Shown here: piece by piece, positions 46,304-59,398 of the stretch | Layout of the letters: each line of letters starts with the position of its first letter | Position numbering within the stretch: the first letter of the stretch is position 1 | Source: Chara braunii | Lineage: Eukaryota; Plantae; Charophyceae | Assembly (NCBI GenBank): GCA_003427395.1 | Contig: BFEA01000036.1 | Coordinates: 4,325,464 to 4,384,861 of the forward strand | Reading direction: 5' to 3' | Length of the DNA: 59,398 nt | Notes under the pieces: model-generated | Databases searched by the model: none | The model's input: only the letters and a program-made list of their open reading frames with translations | What the model was told of the DNA's origin: nothing | Program-made: the position numbers and the translations under genes

Positions 46304-48537
46304 GGGGCAGTTGGGCGCTGTCGGTATGAATACCCTTATAAGGATATCGCCCTGGTTTTTTGCAAGCAACAGAAAATAGGTTAAAGTTTAAAATTAAGTA
46401 TTTCGCGCGAGGCGCAGCTGTGTCTGTGGTCTACATCGACTGGACGGTTGACTAGGGTAGAAAGTGTGTGGGCGCGCATGCCTTTGAGGAGCGCGTGATT
46501 ATTTTAATTATTGATGATTGTGAAAACCAGCGCGATCGGCGGTCAGGGTTATTTCTGATTAAACTAGGATTAAAAAAGATTTTGTCTCGTGATTGGTGTG
46601 CTTTTTTGTGACTTGTGCGCCAACAACAAATGGATTTTGAAAATTCTTCTGTGGATCCGCACGTCACGCAGTAGTCATCCATATAGGCGTCCGACAATTC
46701 TAGACCCAGCCTTGGGCCTAACATTGGCAGATATGGCTTCGGACTTTCACTCAGGAGATGTAAGGGTCAAAATCGAGTGGCGACGACACACGAATATCAG
46801 AGTAGCGTAGAGGCCCAGCGTGGCTATTCCCTTTGGGGCGGAAAGTGTCTGAGTGGCCTGCATCATAGCGGGTGCACGGCTGCCGGCTGCGAATTGTTGT
46901 AAAAAGCTTGAGTGTGATTGCGCCATTGAGACCCCAAACGCGGCAAGCCGTGCCCAGGTAGGAGGGTTCAAGGCGCAGCAACAGGGGGCGTCGCCTAGGC
47001 ACCATGGCCAGCCGTGAGGGACCCTCTTTACTTGGGTCTTAAAAGTTCTCAAAAATATTTGGCCCCTAAGACCTGTACTGGGCCAGTCCTCCTAGGCCAT
47101 GCTCAGGCCTTGCAACGGGGCAATGCTTTCGGCTTTCTGATTGGCTGTGTATTTGGGGGCCTGGCGGGTGAGTGGGCCGTTCCTGGCGTTAGGTTGCAGC
47201 GGTCCTGGGCCGAAACCAGCAGGCATAGTAGCAGGCCGCGTTCTCCTGAGCGTTGTATCGTCGGGCTGACCCAGACAATCGAAACGTGGGTTGTACGTCG
47301 TGGTGTTGCGTATTATCGGACAGGACAACTCGAAAATGAGTTCGTTCCTTGGGTAAAGTTCGGTATCCACGACCTCCGCCCCACTATCTGATATCGGTCG
47401 GAGGAGTGTTATCTGAACTAGCGCGCAGTTCGGCAAGGAGACGGGTATTGGAAAGAGAAGGCAACTAAGGAGACTGTGATGAAGATAGAGAGGGCGGTGA
47501 GCTACGCTATGCGAGGAGGGGAACGACGGTGAAGGAACTGCGAAGCACTTTGTTAGCAGTAGCGAACGAAGTAAGCAGCGAGAATCACAAAAAGTGAAGG
47601 AGATAGCGAGCATTAGTATGAGGCAAGACGAAGACAAGAAAAAAGAATGAATCAGGGCGCATTTTTTGGGCCAGGTTTATTCGGAGAAAGAAGAAAAGCG
47701 ATGAAGGAGGGATGAAAACGGGAAGTGCATGACAACCTCGATCCTTAACGGATTTCGGTAAACGAAAGGCCGAACTCGAGGTATTGGGCCAGGGCGAATC
47801 CACTGACGGGGTTAGAATTTGTAACGTGTTAGTGAATTAGTTGGCACAGAGGAAAGTGGCTGCGCGAAGTGTTATGGCGGAGCGAGATTTGCCCAATTCA
47901 CTCGATTATCAACAGTCTCGAGCGAACTAAGTTGCTAGGTGGAGGCTTTTACCCCAGGCGAACGCAAATATGAGGTTAGTTGCGGAGACAGATTAGCAGG
48001 ATGGGTGTTAGAAAAAAAATGTAGTGCACGAAGGGTTGGGTAAGTAAGTTGTGGCATGAGCGGGAAAACAGACAACCCACTCTGATATAGGAGGAAACGA
48101 GCGTGGAAGCGGGCTACTCCGAGGTTTTTTATCATTGCGAGTAAAAAGAGGGCGATGTATCTTGCTACGCTCTGGTGGAAGATTCATTCGATTTTTTTGC
48201 CTTTTTTGACAGAGTAGTCGCTCCGCTATCTTTCTGAGCAGATGGTTGGAAGGCAAAGTGTACTTCCATCCTTCAAACGAAAGAGTTGATTATAATTCGA
48301 ATGGACTGTTAGAGAGGGAAGAGGAAAAAGGTTGAGTACATTAAGAGTGGAGGGGATGACATAAAAAAAGCAAAAGGGGAGAAAACATACCTGGAGTACG
48401 AAGGTCGTCAGTATGCTGACTGCTCAGGCGAAGGAAACAGCAAGGGAACAACCCCCGGGGCCGGGAGATTGGCCGACAATTGGAACAATGGGGAGCAAGC
48501 CACGGGAACTGAGGACTTGCCTGCTGATTGTGGCTGT

Positions 48538-48655
48538 CTGCTGCACACTGCTCCATACTGCTGCACACTGTTCCATACTGTTACATATTGTGGCTGGCTG
48601 CTGCACACTGCTCCATACTGCTGCATACTACGGGCATGTTGGTGCATACTGCTGC
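48538..48655. repeat. 10-bp minisatellite (CTGCACACTG/CTCCATACTG)
   Basis: Direct. Confidence 0.8.
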
Positions 48656-49910
48656 GAATTGCTGTCGGATGTTGCTGACTGTTACGAGATGTTGTGTAGC
48701 GACGATGGGGCTAAAGAGAGATGTGGGAACTTAGAGAAGTGATCGTCACATATTTATAACCCTCTACACATATGTAAATCCATATGTCTTGGGTGTTTTG
48801 CGCGGCCTACTGTGATCGCGAGTAAGGGTTAAACATATTATGTTTTTGAGAGAAAAGGGAGATCCTTTTTTCATACTTTTGCTTTTTAGAATTTTATAGT
48901 TGGACGTTGTAGTCCGCGGCAGCCGTCAAAGTTAAACCCTTGAGTTTTCTCCAGGCCCTAGATAAAGGAGCTGGTCTCCAGGGCCATAAGAGACGATTGT
49001 CACCAGAGGTAAAAACATGTGTACCACCCAGGTGCAGAAGAGGGTGTGGTTTTCAACCGCACTTCAACCGCACTTGGCGGTTGTCCCTCGAGATTAACGA
49101 GGACCGCATGAGTATGGGTACTACATAGTACGCCACCATTGCGACTGCTTGCGTACACTTGCATTGCGAGTCGATATGAGTTAGCCCTGCGTCCGCGCGG
49201 TTTTATTCTAAGTTTCGCGAGCGTCGCCTATCTGATTTTCGCGTCGGAGAGTTATGGAATGGCTACCGAGGGACTAGGAACGTGGTCGCGTTGTTTGTTC
49301 CGTGTCGTTTCGTGTATGTGTATATGTGTGAGTGTATTTATTTTTATGTTCTTTATGGCGGTGTGCGTGTGGCGTGTGGGATGCGTCCTAGTCGACCGGC
49401 GACGAGCCGCGCTTGGGACCTCAGCCCCCCAAGATGTCGGTTCGCGTACGGGTTCAATAGAAGCGTAATACCGCGCGTACCCCCTATGCTACAGCGAACG
49501 AGAAACGTCCTCGGCTGGTCCACCTCTGCGATTGCAACTGATTAGCTTTCGTACTATGGACTAGTAGATCGGCGGAGATATGCCCACCGAAGGGAGGTGA
49601 CAGCCCCCGTAAAGCGGAGGTAAGTCGTGCCTCGCGTAGGCCCTATCCTGTCATAGGGGCTCGCGAGAGGTATGGGTGGCGCACTCGGCCGGAGCGACTT
49701 GTGGAAGCTCCATGTATATATCTCGATGAGGATTTAGACCAACTCCTGCGTGACGCGGCCGGAAGGGTTCCGCGCTGCCTTGTGCGGTGCCGGACTGATG
49801 CGCTCGACAGCGCGGCCTATTTCAGCCGTGCGATCTTCGAGATTGCGCGGTTGAAATCAGTCGCGCCGTAGATTAGCATGGACCTAGACAAGGATGACAC
49901 GCATAAATTG

Positions 49911-49941
<31 letters not shown>

Positions 49942-50243
49942 AATGCAAACATATGAGGCGCCAAATGGCGCTATGGAAAGTGATCAAGGCGTTTTGCCCC
50001 AACCACCCTGACAGCACCCGTAATAACGGGCGACCATTCATCAGATAAGGTAAGTATTTTTTATTATTTTAGTTTATTTTGTTTTGAATTCCTTTTAAGT
50101 TTGTCTTTTTTAAGATTTTGTTTCGTTTTTTTTTTACCCGTTCGTCTGATGGGGCGTCCGTTGGTATTGGAACGATACAGGGAAGATAAGCATGGCCCTA
50201 CACAGGGAATGAGTACCCGTTCGTTTAAACAAATGAGGCATGG

Positions 50244-50301
<58 letters not shown>

Positions 50302-50565
50302 CAAGAAGGCGTCATATAGCGCCATTTGATATGACTGGGGCGTTTTTGCCCCAATACCTGATGACAGCGCCCTGGGAAACGGGAGATTGTTCAACGAGCA
50401 AAGGTAAGTTTAGTTTTTTTCCTTCTTCTTTTATTTATTTCTTTTTTCTAGATGTCGTTTTGATTTTTTAGATTTTGAATCTTGGTGTTTTACTTTTTTT
50501 TTTTTTTTTTCTAGTTTACTTTTGAGTACTCGTTTGTTTTCAACGAACGGGTTTTTGACTATGCC

Positions 50566-50620
50566 AGACTGTTTCGTCGGACTCACACCGACTTATCAGG
50601 GGGCTGTGCCCCAACAACTT
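50566..50620 (-). ncRNA. Type III hammerhead ribozyme, G8A-mutated copy
   Basis: AAGUUG UU GGGG cacag CCCC CUGAUAA GUCGG ugugagu CCGAC GAAA CAGUCU. Confidence 0.75.
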
Positions 50621-50676
50621 ATCTTTGATGAGCCAAATCGAATGAATCTGCCGCCCAGGGCGGCTACGTTCGGGGT

Positions 50677-50719
<43 letters not shown>

Positions 50720-53009
50720 TGGACCTTGTAGCCGCGCGCCTGTATCAGGCGTCTGTTTTGGCCCAGATACGGGTGCGGGCAGGGTGGAAAACCAACCCCT
50801 TTGAGCCTGACTCTAGCTGGACTCCTCGAAATGACAGGGGGGAAAAACGAGCTGCCCTTGCACTGAAAAAAAAGGGGAAAAGAAGTAAAAAAAAAAAAAA
50901 AAAAAAGGATAACAGCCACGTACGTGGCGACAGGCGTGGACTAGGTGCAGCCCCTAGAAGGTTCTAGAGGCTGATGGGACAATGTCTGTTCATTTGAACA
51001 GGCAGTCCTGAAATGGCTGAGTACAGCCATTTCCAAAAGCACCTGCTCTGTGAAGCGGCCAAGTGCTCCTAGGAACTGATGACCTTGGCTCCCCAAATGG
51101 AAAACCAAGGCTCAGAGCTCCTGGCCATTAATTTAGATCAAGGGTCAAGAGCACTGACAAAATTTTTGCCTGGTTGTGGGCAAGGCAGCTGCCCACATGC
51201 CTCCGGCTGGCTATAAAAGCCAGCACTCCACCCAGCAGCCTCACCCTTGTGGCAGTGCTGCTAGGACATTCACTTAAGTGAATGCTGGTTGGCTGCTGCT
51301 GTGGGGCGGTGCTGCTGGTGAGGAGGATGAGAGGAAGTACTGCTGGTAGAGAGTGGAGGTCTGCAGGAGGAGGGAGAAGGCCGCTGGAGTGACGCAGCTG
51401 CGGCATAGCTGGTGGAGACACGTGCTGCCATAGCCGCGACTGTTCGCAGCAGTGCTAGGGAGATGCTGCGCAGTTTTTGCGGCGACGGCAGTTTTGTTGA
51501 CGTACTGCGGGAATACTGCTGAATTTTTTCGACGGCAACTGTGATTTTTCTGGTGGTGACGCAGAAGCACTGCCGGATTTTTGTGGCGGCAGCACTGGTT
51601 TTAACGGCAGTGGTGCGCAAGCGCTGCCGGATTTGTGGCGGCGACACTGATTTTAACGGTAGTGGTGCGGAAGCGCTACTGTTTTGCACAACGGCGGCAG
51701 CAGTTTGGCAAGCGGTGCAAGGGAAACTCTGCCCGTTTTGCATGGCAGCAGCAGTTTTGGCAGACGATACATCGACGACACTATTGTAAGGGAAAACTCT
51801 GCGTCACAGTGGAGCCGTTTTTGATTTGGTGTGTAATTAGGCGATGATGCCGCACAACGGCATAGTACCGGTGACGGCGCAGCAAGCAGTGGTTCGCTGT
51901 TATTTTTGTGGTGTGCGGCGGTTATGATGGATCCCAGTGTGGCCTGGAGGTTGGACTGACGCTGGTGTGTGGTTGGGATTGTGCGGTAGCGGTGTGTGGA
52001 CCGACGACGTGAAGATGGCACGGAATGAGTGCTCACGGCAATGGCTATTGGAGTTGCGGCATTTGCAATTTGTGCCGGCTGAACATCTTTATTTTTTTGG
52101 GGCTCGCGGCACATACGGTTTTCAGCCAGGGCCACCTTTATTTTTTTTACAGCGCGCAGTGCAAGCGGTTTGGAGTTATGAACCACCGAGTATTGTCGCG
52201 ATGGTGTGGGACTACCTTGGGACCATCTGGGACCATTTTGGGACTAGGTGGGACTAGTTGTTGTGATCGGGACCGGCATGTTGGTGTGGTTATTGTGAGT
52301 GGACGTGATGAGAGGCGGCGCGGACTTGCGGCTGATTGGGCGGTATCTTTGGTGGTCAGGGTGCAATTGGGACTGTGTTAGGACGGCATGGTACGTTGGA
52401 ATTTTTTATTATGGGAGCACCTTTTGTGAGGGTTATCTCATTCAGACATCTTGGTGGACCCAACCTTGGTGTGATCAGGCACTTGGAGAAGACGGCGGAT
52501 CATCGTTCAGTGAAACAACCAGAACTTGTGAAGTTTTGAACCGCGTATTTCCATGTGAGCCGCATATTTTCATATTCAACGGCGATTATTTTCGGCGTCG
52601 AGGTCACCACGCAGTAATGGTGGAGGTTCGGCCCGCTCCACGTCATCATCCTCCTCCTCTTCTTCCTCCCCAGCGTCTGGCTCACCCCATACCCCTCCTC
52701 ATACTCATCCTCGTCGCCACCATCCCCTACCTCATCCTTCTGGGCGCTGTGCCCGTCTTCCTCCTCCTACGCCTCCTTTTCTTCGTCTTCTTTAACCTCC
52801 CCGTCCTCCACGTTGCCCTCGTCGTCTTCGCCCATCGCTGCTGTCCTCCGGTCATCCTCCCCCCGCCTTATCCTCCTCATCTTCGTCATTCCATGCATGA
52901 TATGCCAAGTCCTCCCTCGCTGCTGCACTCGCGTTGCCATCCCCACGTTCTCGCCATGGTTGTCGACATCATAATGTCCCCTCTCTGCTTTTTTTTCATT
53001 TTCCCGAAC

Positions 53010-53047
<38 letters not shown>

Positions 53048-54526
53048 CACTCCCCCCGCACCCTACCATTACACATTGCACACTGTTTCTGATTTTCCTT
53101 TTTTTTTTTGCCCAGAACAGCCTGAATTGTTTTTGGGGGGGTCCGCCGGTGGCGCACTGACCCCCTCCTTTCTCTTTTTTTTTCCCTTTTTTTTTGGTAA
53201 AAAAAAACATTGTCCAGTATCCCGGACAACTCCCCCCTGACCGTCACCCGGAGATGTCCGGGGGAAACGTCTCCTCATCACACAACTGCCAGCCTAGCAA
53301 TACCCTCTTTTTTTATTTTCCCTTCGTATATTGTTGCAGTATTTGTTTTCACCCAGACCAAAACAACACCAGAACCATCCGCCGACAGACTCATGGACAC
53401 AGGGCCTTGTTCCCTGTGCCGTTTTCTGTCAACGAATCCATGTTCTTTTTTGTCAGTCACACTACGGGCTGCAAGCCCGCACCCTCACGGTATGTCAGTA
53501 GGAGGGTGGTAGACACCCATGGAGTCTGCTAGATGTGATACTGGTGGGGAATGACCACATATCTCTGAGCCCTCCTGTGTCCAGGTCGTCCTCGAGAATT
53601 TGGGGTGCCCCTATGGTAGCGCCCGGGGAGAACACTCATCTGAGACCCTCGGAAGGCACGGGTTGGTGTAGGTCTAGGTCTAGAGACAGGTCTGGGTTGC
53701 ACCGCTGTAGAGCTCGACTTGCCATCTGATTAGGATAACAAAAAAGAAGAGTGCACAAATGATGCCCCCTGGAGGAGCCTGTCCTTGGGGCTGTCATAAG
53801 CCATCTGATCTCCCCTCTGGTTGAGTACAATGACAGGCACCCCCCGAGGCCTGGCATCCAGCCTCTACTACAATCTGGACTTAACAAAAAAAAATTGAAA
53901 AAAATGGTTGACTCACTGTTGCACTGCATGACACGCTCCTTGCTACACCATTCCCAGCTCGTGCTCACCCTATGCCTGGCTACTTTGTGACTTGTGCCTC
54001 ACTCCTTGACATGGCGTGCACCACTCCGCTCCTCAATGTGCTATAGGAAGTAGCAGCAAGTCAGCTTGCTGAAGTGCTGCGCCCAGAGTGCTACACCAAC
54101 ACCTGCCCCTCACTACGCATGTGTAGCACCGCTTAATCAAGCAGTTGGTGTATGGCCCACTACAACCGTTCTGCAGGCTTGACAAGGCAAGTTACTATCA
54201 AGCATACGTCCCAGTCCTAACTGACACCAAAACAACGGCCCAAAAAGCACCACCATCATGCCAAATTTCCCAAAATGTAGCCCCGCCAAAAAGCATGTGG
54301 GCTCCAAACGGGAATTCGGAGTGGGTGTGCCACCAGAAACACATCCAAGTCGAAGACTGCCAAACAGCATGCCACTCGAAATGGGAGTTTCGCCGGGTCC
54401 GGCGCCAGAAACGCATCCCACTTGCAACAGAGTATGTTCAGCAGACAACTAGAGGAGGGGTAATCATTACCCAGTTTGCTTACGGGCTGCTAGACAAACA
54501 CTGATCACTACATCATGTCTGGTTAC

Positions 54527-54719
54527 ATGCCGGCAATACATCGTGTCTGGTTACACGCAAGGCCAAGAGGCAATTCATTTCTCCCGAGCGCCTTTGCTAA
54601 GGTCTGCAATCACGCATCTGCCGGCAATACATCATGTCTGGTTACACGCAAGGCCAAAAGGCAATTCACTTCTCCCGAGGGCCTTTTGCTAAGGCCTGCG
54701 ATCAGGCATCATCTGCCGG
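54527..54719. repeat. About 91-bp tandem duplication
   Basis: TGCCGGCAATACATC.TGTCTGGTTACACGCAAGGCCAA.AGGCAATTCA twice. Confidence 0.8.
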
Positions 54720-57546
54720 TAGTCCTGACATACCGCATGCCCACAGGCTCGCAGTCCGTCACAGAGCAAAGTGGTCGAACAGTGGCAACAGAGTAGAGTG
54801 GCTAAGCACGCAGTAGATCATGTTGGGTCCGTGGAGATGACAGCTAGGGAACAGGAAAAGAGAGAGGGGACATGGTAATCATCCAGATACATTCAAAGTG
54901 TTAGACTCGCTCAGATGCACCTAGTTGAAAAAGCAAACAAATCCATACGCCCCCTGATCACTAACATGACCAATCGGTCATTGGTATGCAAACCAAACCA
55001 GGCCACTTGTTTTTCCCTTTTTCTTTCTTCCCATTCCCTCTCCTCTACTCAGCATTGCCAAAGCCACGACGGCGATGCATCTTTCCATGTTTGGTGGTAG
55101 GTACATTCTCATTTTACACATTCCACCAGTGCTTGAGCAGCCCAGTCATCTAAAAGAAAAGGACAAAAATACCGCCAAACACAGTACCAGCACACACGAG
55201 CAACACACCACTTATAGATTTAAGTGCTTCTGATTTTATTAAGTCAGAAGCTTGAAATTTTGTTCCTACTAATAAAAATTATTTCTTATTACTAGCTGCA
55301 TTAGCTAAAAAATCACAAGCTTCATATAATAAGTTAGATGTCTGTATAAGGTCAATTATATGAACTTTTTTTTCGTTCACTAAAAATATAAGGAGCCATT
55401 TTAGGATTCCATTTATGTGATTGATGTCCAAAATGAACTCATGCTTCCAGCATTTCTTCTAAGTTTATTTTTTAGTATAAAAAAACACAAGGACAAAAAG
55501 AAAACAAACAATTGAGTGCATCTTTCCCGTGTTCCACCACGAAGTACACTAATTTGCAAATTCGACGGGGGCTGGAGTGAGGCCTTCGTGAAGAGAAGGA
55601 CAAAAATACTGCCAGACACGAGAGCAGCGACAAACACATGGAGTGAGGCCTTCCTGAAGAGAAGGACAAAAATACTTTCGGACATGAAAGTAACGGCAAA
55701 CACACAAAAACACAAGACTTGAAACACAAGAGGCAGAAATAAACCAACAAAAATGCAAAGCACGGAAAAGGAAAACATCAACAACCAACCACAAACAGAA
55801 GAATACACACCCTCAAAACCCATCTTCACCCTTATACTCAGCCTCCTGATTTCCACCACCCAACCCTCAAACCTCCGGACGTGGTCCCTAAAACCGGGCC
55901 ACACCCCCATTCACAACCACAAGTGTGAGTAAGAAGCAAGCGTCTAAGTAAGAAGTTAAAGAACAGTGTCAAAAACAAATGCTAAAAGCAAGACACTTGC
56001 TACACCCATGAATGAGCTGTTGATATTGGACCCGAGTTCGAGTACACGTGCACTCAGATGAGCAGGAAAAGTAAGGAACAGTAATTCTGGATTACCTGGG
56101 GCGATGGATTCAATGATGATATCTCAAGGTCATCCCCCTGTTATAGGAAAACGAAAAAAGGAGAGTGAATCCCATTGTGAGCTCCATACTGACGAACTAA
56201 GGGCAGAATTTTGATCGTCAACAATCCAATATGAGGTGTCATCATAGTAGTAAATGACAAGACGTCAATCGATATCCGCCGAAGTCGTCGTCCATTCGCA
56301 TAATGCTTTCCTGCGATTACCAGCAAAAGCAGGACGGCCGGATTATTGTTCTACATCGTGGATGAAGTTTTCGCCTTGCATTCCGAATATCCATTTGAGG
56401 CAAAATTTCCCGAATGAAAACTTTCACAACTCACCATGTGGAGTAGGGCATGGCCACTGCCAGGCACAACCCGACCCATTGTCTAATGCCCAGCCTCGAT
56501 AGTCGTTTGCCGGATGTGCTTGTTATTACTTCGTTGGAGAGGCAGATCAGTGTGAGCCGCTGTTAGTTCTTCCAAAGGGCAGATAAAGCCATGGTTAATC
56601 ATTACATAAGGCAGATCTGCGCGAGTGGCAGGTAACAGGTTGCTGAGTATTGACAGTGTTTAAAGTGTTCGGAAAGCACGTTACCCATTCATTGCTCGCC
56701 CTACTCGACTCATTAGTTGACACTATTCAATTGATTCACCTCATGCTCTATTGACATCGTTTATTGGTCCTTCGGGACATCCATTAAAAGTGGAACAATA
56801 CAGAGAAAGAAGATTAGAATGGCCCCTGCGCACGGATGACACACATCAAGAAATGGTCCAGATTAGTGAAGTGAAAAAAAAAAAAAAAAGTTTAACGTAT
56901 TTGGAAGGCATGTTGTCCACTGCTTGTCACAATTCCATTCATTCGCATACGAAACCAACTCCTACAGATAAATGAACACCAACAGACTTCTACAAACAAA
57001 CCACCACCCACAGTGGACGAGTTATTACCCATCCAGCTGGGCAGAACCTGCAACATCCACTAAACATCAATAATCATGAGTAATTCGTAAGGACTAGAGG
57101 AACACAAAAAATTCATTACAGTCACAAAACCAAAACAAACTGTGACACAAACGCAACGAAAAGGTCGCTGAATCCTAAAAAGATAACAAAAGAGGCAATG
57201 CCCGACAAAAATTACGCTGTTTCGATCATCAGACAGGAATTACAGAAGACTGTGGCAAAGAAGGCACATGAAGTTGTCCACAGTCACACACGCCGCATGG
57301 CCGGCAAATACAGCATAAATTACACATTGTGTAAAAAGTATAGTGCGAGAGACAAATAATGAATAACATGAAAAAGACCCAGAACCAAGAGCTGGTGGGA
57401 ACCGAGATGGGCAACGAGGGAGCCCATTAAGCAGTTGTCGCACCTGCAGCACACGAACCATCAAATACAGAAAATTACAGATTGTTAAAAAAAGTTGACG
57501 AGTGACAAACAGATAATCAAACTGAAGGACTCCCAGAAAGTCTTGA

Positions 57547-57550
<4 letters not shown>

Positions 57551-57635
<85 letters not shown>
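57551..57635. repeat. (TC)n microsatellite
   Basis: Direct. Confidence 0.95.
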
Positions 57636-57638
<3 letters not shown>

Positions 57639-58319
57639 GCACACACCAAAATCCCACACCGCCATGGCAGAAGAGCGGCCAGTGTAACGGCCACCGCAAA
57701 ACTGCCTGGGGACAACCTTGCATGGGAACCCACAACCCTATGGCAGCAGCGCCTGGGGACAACCTTGCATGGGAACCCACAACCCCATGGCAGCAGCGCC
57801 GCCAGCGTAGCCACCGTGAAACTGCCGGGCTCTAACATCACATGCAAGAAAAAAAGTGGAAAAGACGAGCCGGAGGAGAGGAAGTGGGGCATGTCGTAGA
57901 AATAATGGAGAGCGGCCCAGCACGAATCAGGGTGATTGAATACTTGATTAAGTTTGTGACTCTGCTGGCCAGCAAGAAGCGACGCCCAACGCGGTGAACC
58001 AATCAATTCACTGCATCACCCAGCCGCAACGTCAGCAGGCAACGACTACTACATACTCTTTCTTCAAGTGACCGTGGTTCGGCTTTCTCCCTCCCCTACC
58101 CTCAACAATGGAGGGCAAAACCCCTTTCTCGTGGTCCACCGCGGAGGATGTGCCGAATGGTCTTCTTCTGCAAGTCTCGAAGTAGAAGAGAAAACCCGCT
58201 TCTTGGGTTGCTCCTCACGCCCTTCTGGTCGCTATGATCCTTTCGGGAACCGCCGGCAAACCACACGGTCAGAAAAACGGCTCCTTGGCCGATCCCCTGG
58301 TCCAGCTCGCACAACCAAA

Positions 58320-59396
<1,077 letters not shown>

Positions 59397-59398
59397 AC

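Noticed and set aside
50357-50385. CTGATGA...GAAAC on + strand as a hammerhead
   Set aside because: Stem II is misregistered and there is no adjacent stem I/III or NUH site.
51074-51110. CTGATGA-hairpin-GAAA
   Set aside because: Poor stem II closure and no supporting stems I or III.
52299-53240. 313-aa + strand ORF with a hydrophobic stretch
   Set aside because: Antisense reading of a GAG/GAA-rich tract running through (TCAA)n and poly-T; no recognisable domain.
57216-57250. CTGATGA-TC-GAAACAG minizyme-like match
   Set aside because: No stem II and negligible stem I; likely chance.

Overview
Eukaryotic, repeat-rich draft-assembly DNA with N gaps. The long TE-filled introns, microsatellite-flanked GC-rich exons and plant-type genes suggest a streptophyte alga such as Chara; this is inference only. 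Two host genes lie on the minus strand. (1) The 5' part of a mitochondrial SUV3-type DExH RNA helicase: four phase-consistent exons at 29630-27868, 21362-21105, 6365-6221 and 1065-913, continuing off the left edge. (2) An intronless spermidine synthase at 59393-58320. The SUV3 introns hold a full-length but mutated Ty3/Gypsy chromovirus (10399-19426; LTRs, GGAAC TSD, tRNA-iMet PBS, PPT, -1 frameshift signal), a 5'-truncated L1/Tx1-like LINE, several MITE families and tRNA-derived repeats. A second, near-complete degenerate LINE lies at about 32.2-39 kb. Two Nextera mate-pair junction adapters (31207, 44052) show local chimeric mis-assembly, and 42607-44051 is probably the true upstream region of the spermidine synthase gene. 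The most notable unannotated signal is a complete type III hammerhead ribozyme at 42341-42396 (minus). It has two diverged relatives (50566-50620, 20553-20607) that show stem covariation and a shared GNRA-containing loop 2, pointing to a dispersed ribozyme-bearing repeat family. Also notable are a Pro-Pro-Pro uORF 13 nt upstream of the spermidine synthase start, and a dense array of CCACGTCA/G-box motifs inside SUV3 exon 1 that matches a tandem array in the retrotransposon leader.
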